From Solirubrobacterales bacterium (GTDB lineage: Bacteria; Actinomycetota; Thermoleophilia; Solirubrobacterales; 70-9), in NCBI GenBank assembly GCA_020438395.1, contig JAGQUR010000012.1, forward strand, positions 10,837 to 74,836: a DNA stretch of 64,000 nucleotides, in the 5' to 3' direction. Made by a program: the position numbers and the translations under genes. The notes beneath the pieces are model-generated. The model searched no databases. It was not told the origin of the DNA and worked only from the letters and a program-made list of their open reading frames with translations. Each line of letters starts with the position of its first letter. The stretch's first letter is position 1. Positions 53,964 to 61,179 of the stretch are shown one piece after another.

Positions 53964-55538
53964 ATGAAAAAGGGTCTTGGAAGCAAACTCGCCAGGATGG
54001 CGGGCACCGGGGCCGTAGCTCTGGTGACGTTGATCCTGATTGGAACACCAGCGAAAGCCGGCGACTATGTCGTGGCGCAGTGCGCGCCGGGCTTGAACGC
54101 CAGCACTGAAGCTCGTTTCTCATCTTCGAGCAACCACTTCAAGGGGATACAAGAATGTGGGCGAAACTCACCGGGAGTCCAGGTCCGTCATCAACTCGCA
54201 GCGGGTGAGACCGGCACGGTCCATCGGCGATTTGGCGCATGGGTCTGGACGGCGCCGCCCGGCACCGTGATAAGCGGCGGTTCAGCACGTAGCCGGCTTG
54301 AGAATGCAAACGGTGTATCCGGCTATCTCGTTGTTTCCCCGGATACCGGCAATAGCGCGGTTACGGAAAACCAAAACGACGGAAACCAGCACCTCTCTGC
54401 CATTCCCGCCGGCAGGTGGCGGTACTTCGTCGCCAGGCTTGAATGCACCTCACCAACTCAAGGGGGCCGTTGCGTAGGGGCCGCGGCCAATGCTCATACC
54501 TATGTCAAGCAGGTTCGCCTTCGGCTGACCGACCTGGCCGCGCCCGTACTTGGCGTCGGAGGGTCCCTGCTCGAAAGTGGTACCAGCCGCGGATGGCAAA
54601 CCATCAGTTTGCTCGCATCCGATCAAGGCGCCGGCATCAAGTCCACAAGGGTCACGGTCAACGGCGTCCAGGCAGCCGGTGAAGACCTCGGCATCTCCTG
54701 TCACCCGCTACCCGGCGGTTTGACGTCCAGCTTGTCGCCCTGCCCGAAAGCGATCGGCAAGGTCTATTCGCTCGATACCGCTGCGCGGCCGTTCAGGCAT
54801 GGCAACAACAAGGTCGAGGTCTGCGTCAGCGACTATGCACAGATAGGGACACCCAACTTCGATTGCGAATCTCGGCAGGTCTTGGTGGACAGTCTTTGCC
54901 CGGCCTCATCGGCCGGGGGAGGCAAGAAGCTCAGGGCTCGGTTCACCAGATCCGGCAAGCGATTCTCGCGCCAAAAGATCGGTACCCCGACGATCATCCG
55001 GGGACGCATCGGCGACGGCCACGGCAACCCAATCGTCGGCGCTCAGGTCTGCATTCAAGCCCACACGGATCTTCGCGGCAAGAAGTTCAAACTGCTCGCG
55101 ACCACAGCAACGAACTCTGACGGCCACTTCACCTACAAGCTCAAACGCGGAGCCTCTAAGAAAATCCGCGTCGTCTACCGGGATGGCACTTTCCAGATCT
55201 CCCGTAGCCTCCGTCTCAAGGTCAAGGGAACTTCGACCCTTCATGTGAGCAAGCATCGAACTCGACCGTTGAAGCGGGTCGGATTCTTCGGGAAGATCCC
55301 CGGCCCCCACGCTGCCGGCCGTGTGGTGGTCGTCTACGGCACCGTGCCCGGGGCCAAGAAGAGGTTTCTAGTTCGCCGAGCGAAGACAAACTCAGTCGGC
55401 CGTTGGCGGGCGGGCTACTCATTTACGCCGGTTCCGGCCAGGACGAGGTTCGTATTCTGGGCGGTCGTCCCGAACCAGAACGGGTATCCGTACACCCAAG
55501 GGCGCTCGGCCGCCCGATACATACGAGTAAGGCCATAG
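53964..55538 (+). CDS. Secreted hypothetical protein (524 aa) with basic C-terminal beta-rich domains
   Basis: ATG 53964 gives MKKGLGSKLARMAGTGAVALVTLILIGTPAKA (signal peptide). The CarboxypepD_reg-like segment IIRGRIGDGHGNPIVGAQVCIQ is present, and the tail is Arg/Lys-rich. Confidence 0.6.
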   Translation: MKKGLGSKLARMAGTGAVALVTLILIGTPAKAGDYVVAQCAPGLNASTEARFSSSSNHFKGIQECGRNSPGVQVRHQLAAGETGTVHRRFGAWVWTAPPGTVISGGSARSRLENANGVSGYLVVSPDTGNSAVTENQNDGNQHLSAIPAGRWRYFVARLECTSPTQGGRCVGAAANAHTYVKQVRLRLTDLAAPVLGVGGSLLESGTSRGWQTISLLASDQGAGIKSTRVTVNGVQAAGEDLGISCHPLPGGLTSSLSPCPKAIGKVYSLDTAARPFRHGNNKVEVCVSDYAQIGTPNFDCESRQVLVDSLCPASSAGGGKKLRARFTRSGKRFSRQKIGTPTIIRGRIGDGHGNPIVGAQVCIQAHTDLRGKKFKLLATTATNSDGHFTYKLKRGASKKIRVVYRDGTFQISRSLRLKVKGTSTLHVSKHRTRPLKRVGFFGKIPGPHAAGRVVVVYGTVPGAKKRFLVRRAKTNSVGRWRAGYSFTPVPARTRFVFWAVVPNQNGYPYTQGRSAARYIRVRP

Positions 55539-55571
55539 ACCAATGGCTGAGTCTCGATCCGAGGAGGAGCA

Positions 55572-56006
55572 ATGAGGAAGCAACGCCGCATCCCGTCGCC
55601 AGCGACCCTTATCGCCATCATGGCGTTGTTCGTCGCATTGGGCGGCACCGCCTATGGTGTCACCCGAAATAGCATCGGCACCCACCAGATCAAACCGCAC
55701 GCGGTCCAAGCGAAGAACCTCGGGCCGATGAAACTCAGATGGGGCAAGGTTCGAGACTTCGACAACACCGCGGGCGACGGTCAGTTCAACATCGCCTCCG
55801 GCCAGGCCCAATGCCGCCGCGGCGAACGACTCATAAGCGGTGGCGTCAGGGCACGCCAAAGCCCCGACTCTGGGCCGCTGCGAATGGCAATGATTGACTC
55901 CGGACCGGTCACGCGAAAACGCCAATGGTTCGTGACCATGCATTCCGATCTCGGAGGAGCGGCCCGAAAGCAGTTCGTCGTGTTTGCTTACTGCCTGCTC
56001 AGGTAG
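55572..56006 (+). CDS. Small secreted/anchored hypothetical protein (144 aa)
   Basis: GAGGAGG lies 5 nt upstream of the ATG. The N-terminal TM/signal is ATLIAIMALFVALGGTAYG. Confidence 0.5.
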   Translation: MRKQRRIPSPATLIAIMALFVALGGTAYGVTRNSIGTHQIKPHAVQAKNLGPMKLRWGKVRDFDNTAGDGQFNIASGQAQCRRGERLISGGVRARQSPDSGPLRMAMIDSGPVTRKRQWFVTMHSDLGGAARKQFVVFAYCLLR

Positions 56007-56011
56007 GCACC

Positions 56012-56031
56012 GGAACCCCGATGCGGGTTCC
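56012..56031 (+). terminator. Hairpin GGAACCC-CGATGC-GGGTTCC
   Basis: A perfect 7-bp stem lies 6 nt after the stop at 56006. There is no T-tract. Confidence 0.4.
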
Positions 56032-56154
56032 AGACGTCCAATTGGTTCGGTCGCATCAAGCTCGGTTTCGCCGAGACGCGTCATGCCGCTCCGCTTCCGT
56101 GCGATCAGCATAGTATATGATTATTCAGATATCGGATTTAGAGGATGTGACCCA

Positions 56155-57621
56155 ATGGAACCCAAACACGACCCGAAGGTGACGCGAACGACGCCCGCGG
56201 AACGCGCGCTGCGCGGGAACTCCGCGCTTGGCCACGCCGGGCCAGAGGGGGGCGAGCCCGTCGGCCGCGATTACGACCTGGTGGTGATCGGCTCCGGGGG
56301 CGGCGCTTTCGCCGGCGCGATCCGGGCACGCGACCTCGGCCGACGGGTGCTGATGGTCGATCGCGGCACGATCGGCGGCACTTGCGTGAATTTCGGCTGC
56401 ATCCCATCCAAGGCCCTGCTGGTCCGTTCGGAGCAAGCGCGGCTCGCGGGAGCGCCTAGCTTGGGTGAGGCACTGGCGGCGAAGGACGAGTTGGTCGCGC
56501 GGTTGCGCCAGGCCAAGTACTCCGATCTGCTGGAGGAGTACGGGATCGAGTTCCGCACGGGCGAGGCTCGCCTGCTCGGCCCGCACACGGTCGCCGTCGG
56601 CGGCGAGACGGTGGGCGCCGCGGCGATCCTTCTCGCCGCTGGCGCCCGCCCGAGGGTCCCGCCGATCACCGGGCTGGCGGAGGCCGGATACCTGACCTCC
56701 ACCAGTGCCCTCGAGCTCACCGAGGCGCCGTGGCGGCTGGCGGTGATCGGCGCCGGTCCGGTCGGCCTCGAACTCGGCCAGATGCTCGGCAACTTCGGAT
56801 CCGAGGTGACGTTCATCGCCCGGCGAGGGGTGGCCCCCGAAGCCGAGCCCGAGATCTCGGCGGCACTCCGCGAGGTGCTCGTAGCCGATGGGCACCGGGT
56901 CCTCGCCCCCGCCAACACGACCGAGGTCGGGGTTGAGAACGGGAAGAAGGTCCTGCGCGGCACGACAGCCGGCGAGCCGTTCGAGCTGGCGGTCGACGAG
57001 ATCCTCGTCGCGACTGGACGAACCGCCAACACGGAGGGACTCGGCCTCAAGCAGCTCGGAGTGGAGGTCGATGCCGCGGGCGCGATCGTCGTCGACGCCG
57101 AGCAGCGGACCACCGTCCCCTCGATCTACGCTGCCGGTGACGTCACCTCGCAGCCGCGCTTCGTCTACGTGGCGGCTGCAGGCGGCACGGCCGCCGCGGA
57201 GAACGCGCTCGGCTCCGGCGGCGAGAGGCTCGACTTCGCGGCGCTCCCTCAGATCGTTTTCACCCGCCCGGCGATCGCGCAGGCTGGCCTGACCGAGGCA
57301 GAGGCGCGCGAGCGCGGTGTCGAGGTCGAGACCACTGTCCTCCCCCTCGACGCGATCCCCCGTGCCTTGGTTAGCGGCGACGTCCACGGCCTGTTCAAGC
57401 TCGTCGCCGAGGCCAGCAGCGGCAGGCTTATCGGTGCCAGCATCCTCGCCGCCGGCGCCCCCGACGTGATCCAGAGCGCCGTGCTCGCGATTGACCGCGA
57501 CATGACGGTCACTGAGCTGTCCCGCAGCTGGGCGCCCTACCTGGCGATGGCCGAAGGGCTGAAGCTCGCGGCGCAGACCTTCGAACGCGACGTGGCGAAG
57601 CTCTCCTGCTGCGCTGCCTAA
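56155..57621 (+). CDS. merA: Mercuric reductase, core form without NmerA domain
   Basis: The FAD motif VVIGSGGGAFAGA, the redox-active TIGGTCVNFGCIPSK and the C-terminal vicinal Cys pair ...KLSCCAA* are present. ATG 56155 lies within a longer ORF-track frame. Confidence 0.9.
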   Translation: MEPKHDPKVTRTTPAERALRGNSALGHAGPEGGEPVGRDYDLVVIGSGGGAFAGAIRARDLGRRVLMVDRGTIGGTCVNFGCIPSKALLVRSEQARLAGAPSLGEALAAKDELVARLRQAKYSDLLEEYGIEFRTGEARLLGPHTVAVGGETVGAAAILLAAGARPRVPPITGLAEAGYLTSTSALELTEAPWRLAVIGAGPVGLELGQMLGNFGSEVTFIARRGVAPEAEPEISAALREVLVADGHRVLAPANTTEVGVENGKKVLRGTTAGEPFELAVDEILVATGRTANTEGLGLKQLGVEVDAAGAIVVDAEQRTTVPSIYAAGDVTSQPRFVYVAAAGGTAAAENALGSGGERLDFAALPQIVFTRPAIAQAGLTEAEARERGVEVETTVLPLDAIPRALVSGDVHGLFKLVAEASSGRLIGASILAAGAPDVIQSAVLAIDRDMTVTELSRSWAPYLAMAEGLKLAAQTFERDVAKLSCCAA

Positions 57622-57638
57622 CCCCGAGGAGACGAGAG

Positions 57639-58001
57639 ATCGCAGCAGCCAAGGTAAGTCCGTTCCGGCTCCCTGAGAAGCCGATCGAGGCCGACATCGT
57701 CGCGAAGTACTTCCGCGGCCTCGGCGACCCCACCCGCCTTCGCATCCTCGAAGCGCTGGCGGAAGACGAGCGCTCGGTGGGCGAGCTGGTCGAGCTGCTC
57801 GGCGTTCCGCAGCCGAAGGTCTCCAGCCACCTCGCCTGCCTGCGCTGGTGCGGCTTCGTCGAGAGCCGCCGCGAGTTCCGCAGCGTCCATTACCGGATCG
57901 CCGACGAGCGGGTTGAGACGATGATCGCGCTCGCCGGCACTCTACTGGAGGACAACGCCGAACACGTGGCCGCCTGCCGCCGAATCGACGCAGGGACCTG
58001 A
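57639..58001 (+). CDS. ArsR/SmtB-family metalloregulator, CmtR-like (5' end unresolved)
   Basis: FRGLGDPTRLRILEALAEDERSVGELVELLGVPQPKVSSHLACLRWCGFVESRREFRSVHYRI is present. There is no ATG/GTG/TTG between the in-frame stop at 57513 and GTG 57777. ATC 57639 has GAGGAG 7 nt upstream. Confidence 0.7.
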   Translation: MAAAKVSPFRLPEKPIEADIVAKYFRGLGDPTRLRILEALAEDERSVGELVELLGVPQPKVSSHLACLRWCGFVESRREFRSVHYRIADERVETMIALAGTLLEDNAEHVAACRRIDAGT

Positions 58002-58003
58002 CG

Positions 58004-58365
58004 GTGAGCGGTGATCCACCGAAAGGCTCGACACCCGAACCACCCGTAATCGCATGCAGTCTCAGCCAGGAGCAAATGGAATCGAGAACCGATCTGGCCG
58101 CCGAAATCGGCCGGGCCGGACTCCTCGACGTATCGACCTCGGGCTCCAGCGCGCGCCTCCTCTTCGATTGCGCCGACGTCTCCCGATCCAGATCGCCGAG
58201 TTCGTGGACGCCGAATCGAAATGCTGCCCTTTCTTCAAGTTCGCTGTCGAAACAGCAGAAGACACCATTCAGCTCAGGATCGAGGCCCCCGAAGATGGAG
58301 CGCCTTTGACCCGAGGCCTGGTTGCCGGTTTCACCGATGACTGGCGGCTCTCTCAAACGATATGA
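58004..58365 (+). pseudogene. Frameshifted gene for a small Cys-pair (CCPFF) protein
   Basis: The N-terminal part (..VIACSLSQEQMESRTDLAAEIGRAGLLDVSTSGSSARLLFDCADVS) and the C-terminal part (IQIAEFVDAESKCCPFFKFAVETAEDTIQLRIEAPEDGAPL...) lie in different frames. The junction is near 58184-58186. Confidence 0.5.
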
Positions 58366-58691
58366 CCGGACGATCGATACTCCCCTTCATCGCCGCGGCT
58401 ATCGCAGAGATCGGCGGTGCCTACCTCGTCTGGATCGGCCTACGCGACGGACGCGGTCTTGGGCTGGTCGCCCTGGGTGTCGTCGCGCTCGGTCTCTACG
58501 GGGTCATTGCCTCCTTCCAACCGGACGCGACCTTCGGCCGCATTCTGGCGGCCTACGGCGGAGTCTTCGTCGTCGGCTCCCTCGCCTGGGGCATGATTTT
58601 CGATGACTTCAAACCCGACCGATTCGATTTGACCAGCGCCGCCATCTGCCTCGTCGGAGTGGCGGTCATCATGTACGGCCCTCGCGGGTAG
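58362..58691 (+). CDS. ynfA: YnfA family (UPF0060) small membrane protein
   Basis: [25 protein letters not shown]....[37 protein letters not shown] is present, with 4 TM helices. The start overlaps the previous stop as ATGA. Confidence 0.8.
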   Translation: MTGRSILPFIAAAIAEIGGAYLVWIGLRDGRGLGLVALGVVALGLYGVIASFQPDATFGRILAAYGGVFVVGSLAWGMIFDDFKPDRFDLTSAAICLVGVAVIMYGPRG

Positions 58692-59018
58692 CGGCTGCCG
58701 CTACCCGCGAGGCTTGTCACGAAGGCAAACTTGCCCTGACGATTGCTGATGCCGCCTGATCGTGAACCCGGTGGGTCTCCTCGATCTCGATCGACCGGCA
58801 GGTTCAAACGTCCCCGATCGGCCTGAACTCCAGACGAAGCCCCGTTACCCCAAAGATTCTCAGGCGTCCGTATATCTCGAAGGCCACGGGAGGTATCTCC
58901 AAGTAGTGTCGACGGTCCGGCATATGCGATCACCGCAACCCGATCAGGGACGACGGCTGGACGCATCAGGACGCGGCAAGCGTGGCAACGAGCACCGCTT
59001 TTATAAGACAATCCCCGG

Positions 59019-59327
59019 ATGCTCATCGGCGCAACTGCACGTGACCTTTTCCTGTCGCGAGACGGAGGCGAGACGTGGAGAAGCTCACCAGGCTCCCCCG
59101 GTCTACTCGCGTGGCCGCGACTTGATCGTTTGTACTTGGCTGACCCGAAGGGATCGATCAAGCTAAGCACTAACCAGGGACGAAGCTGGAAACCTGTCGG
59201 AGAGTTGCCCGGTTCACCCGCGGCGCTGGGATACGGTTCCGGCCAACTGTTCGCTTCCACCCACGACGGGACGATCCTTGAATCACACGATGAAGGATCG
59301 AACTGGAGCGTACGATTCTCTCAATGA
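59019..59327 (+). pseudogene. C-terminal fragment of a BNR/Asp-box beta-propeller protein
   Basis: Three Asp-box-like motifs are present: SRDGGETW, STNQGRSW and SHDEGSNW. Only 102 aa remain, with an in-frame TAA at 59004 just upstream. Confidence 0.45.
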
Positions 59328-59631
59328 TTAGGACGCCGGTCTTGTAATGCGGTTCGCTTTCCGTCCTCGGCATCGTTCGCGAGCATGCTCCGGAGGGTCC
59401 CCGGCAATTGATGACACGTCGGGGCCGGATCAGGTAGGGACGAGCGAGGAGCGCGGCGGCGGCCTGACCGCCATCGCATATGTGATCTCTCGCCCGGTCT
59501 GCTCCCGAGCCCGGCCTGCGCGAGCGACGGCCAACACGAGGATCAGGAATTCAAGCGGCATGAGCACCACGAAACCGGTACAGCCAGCTCCGCCACGACT
59601 TCGGGTGGATGCCCGCTTACCCGGCCGCTCC

Positions 59632-60390
59632 TTAGACCGAGTTCCAGAAATCGAGACCGATGTCGCTCATCCACTTCTGGACCTCGATGTTAATTCGGAA
59701 AAGCTCACCGGTCCAAATCAGGACACCCATCGCGATCAGTATCACGCCACCGAAGGCGACGATCACGTTGTAATGACGCTTCACGACCGTGAACGCCGTG
59801 GTCATTCGCTTGAAGGCGAGCACTGTCAGAAGGAAGGGAATCGCTAGTCCCGCCGAGTACACCGCGAGCAGCAGCGCACCATTCGCGGCCGACCCCGACA
59901 GGGAAGCCGCCGACAGGATTGCCCCCAGCGTGGGTCCGATACATGGAGTCCAGGCAAAAGCGAAAGCGGCGCCGGCAACGACAGGTCCTCCCTTTCCCGC
60001 CCGGGACATGAGCGCGTCGACGTGCCATTCGCGATTGAGCTTGGTTACGAAGAACGAACCGACGAAAAGGACTCCCATCAGGATGATCAGGGCCGCGGCA
60101 ACCTTGTCGAGCACTTGCCGGTTGTCGATGAGGATCGATCCGATCTTCGTCGCGCTGAGACCGAGCAGTATAAAGATGAATGAGAAGCTCGCGACGAAGA
60201 AAAGGCTTGGCACCAGCACCCGCCTCCACCCCGCGTCCTCGATGTCATCGATCGAGACTCCGGTGACAGCGGAAAGGTATCCGGGCACCAGCGGCAAGAC
60301 GCAGGGCGAGAGAAACGACACCATGCCCGCCAGCAGCGCGGCGAGGAGACCCACCCCCTCGGCCGGATTCGAAGTCGCGAGTAGGTCCAC
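59632..60390 (-). CDS. ccdA: Cytochrome c biogenesis / thiol-disulfide transporter CcdA (DsbD family)
   Basis: LLAGMVSFLSPCVLPLVPGYL and AFAWTPCIGPTLGAIL (two conserved Cys) are present. Confidence 0.85.
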   Translation of the reverse strand: MDLLATSNPAEGVGLLAALLAGMVSFLSPCVLPLVPGYLSAVTGVSIDDIEDAGWRRVLVPSLFFVASFSFIFILLGLSATKIGSILIDNRQVLDKVAAALIILMGVLFVGSFFVTKLNREWHVDALMSRAGKGGPVVAGAAFAFAWTPCIGPTLGAILSAASLSGSAANGALLLAVYSAGLAIPFLLTVLAFKRMTTAFTVVKRHYNVIVAFGGVILIAMGVLIWTGELFRINIEVQKWMSDIGLDFWNSV

Positions 60391-61047
60391 CTACCGTGGC
60401 TTCGCGGCCGAGATGAACTCCATCGAGCCCCACACGGTTCTCAGCGTGCGCCAGACGGAAACGTCATCGAACCCGGCCGCGCCGACGAGCTTCGGAATTC
60501 CCCCTCGGGCGTGATCCCTCGTGTTGACAACCCCGTCGAGAACGCGCAGGAGCTGGAAGCCCGCGAACGTGATCGCATCCGGCTTGCCCCAATCGGCGAC
60601 GTGGAGGCACCCACCGGGCCGCAGGACCCTCTCCGCCTCGACGAGCGCCGAAGCCTTGGCTTCGGGAATCAGGTGATGGAGGAGGAGAGACATCGAAACG
60701 ACATCCACGCTGTCATCCGCCAGGGGAAGATCCGCCGCGAGACCTTCGTCCCAACGAACCCGGTCCGATCCCGGCTTGGACTTGGCGATAGCCATCGATT
60801 TGGGATCGCCATCGACGCCGATGACCGACGCGTCAAGGCGAATAGTCGCCAGCTCTATCGCGAAGGTTCCGGTTCCGGAACCGACATCGGCCGCGACCCC
60901 ACCCTCCGGTAGATCGAGGCAGATTCGTTCGACCAGCGCCGTTCTCCAAGAACTTTCACGCATGCTCAGGGCCATGACCGGGTCGTACAGGCGGGTGAAC
61001 GTTCCACGTCCGGCCGCAGGAACGTAACGATCGTCGTCAGGGGTCAT
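60391..61047 (-). CDS. Class I SAM-dependent methyltransferase (paralog of 33723-34379)
   Basis: VAADVGSGTGTFA, VIGVDGDP, VDVVSMSLLLHHL and GCLHVADWG are present. Its stop directly abuts the ccdA start. Confidence 0.8.
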   Translation of the reverse strand: MTPDDDRYVPAAGRGTFTRLYDPVMALSMRESSWRTALVERICLDLPEGGVAADVGSGTGTFAIELATIRLDASVIGVDGDPKSMAIAKSKPGSDRVRWDEGLAADLPLADDSVDVVSMSLLLHHLIPEAKASALVEAERVLRPGGCLHVADWGKPDAITFAGFQLLRVLDGVVNTRDHARGGIPKLVGAAGFDDVSVWRTLRTVWGSMEFISAAKPR

Positions 61048-61077
61048 TGCTCATCGCAATGTGGGTTGGATCGACCA

Positions 61078-61098
61078 TCTACTACAGATAGTAGTAGA
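61078..61098. promoter_or_regulatory. TCTACTAC-AGATA-GTAGTAGA dyad (operator candidate, site 7)
   Basis: Perfect 8-bp arms lie 31 nt upstream of the methyltransferase start at 61047. Confidence 0.6.
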
Positions 61099-61179
61099 GC
61101 ACGCTTTGGAGCGCGGATGTCCGGAGTCTCGTAAACAGCGGTCCTGAAATGGTCGGCCGTGGTCCTGCGGTCCGGTTGG

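Noticed and set aside
56105-56150. AT-rich TATATGATTATTCAGATAT upstream of merA, considered as an ArsR/SmtB 12-2-12 operator.
   Set aside because: Only short TGA...TCA and ATAT arms are symmetric. It is plausible as a promoter or operator region, but the dyad is too weak to call from sequence alone.
58553-59260. 235-aa minus-strand ORF spanning the ynfA 3' end and the BNR fragment. Also the 134-aa plus-strand ORF at 58762-59166.
   Set aside because: No motifs were recognised. They overlap better-supported features and lie in a region that looks like decayed DNA.
59373-59631. Possible thioredoxin-like (ResA/TlpA) gene downstream of ccdA on the minus strand.
   Set aside because: Only a ~44-codon ORF (MPLEFLILVLAVARAGR...) is present, and no CxxC thioredoxin motif was seen. 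It is treated as non-coding or decayed.
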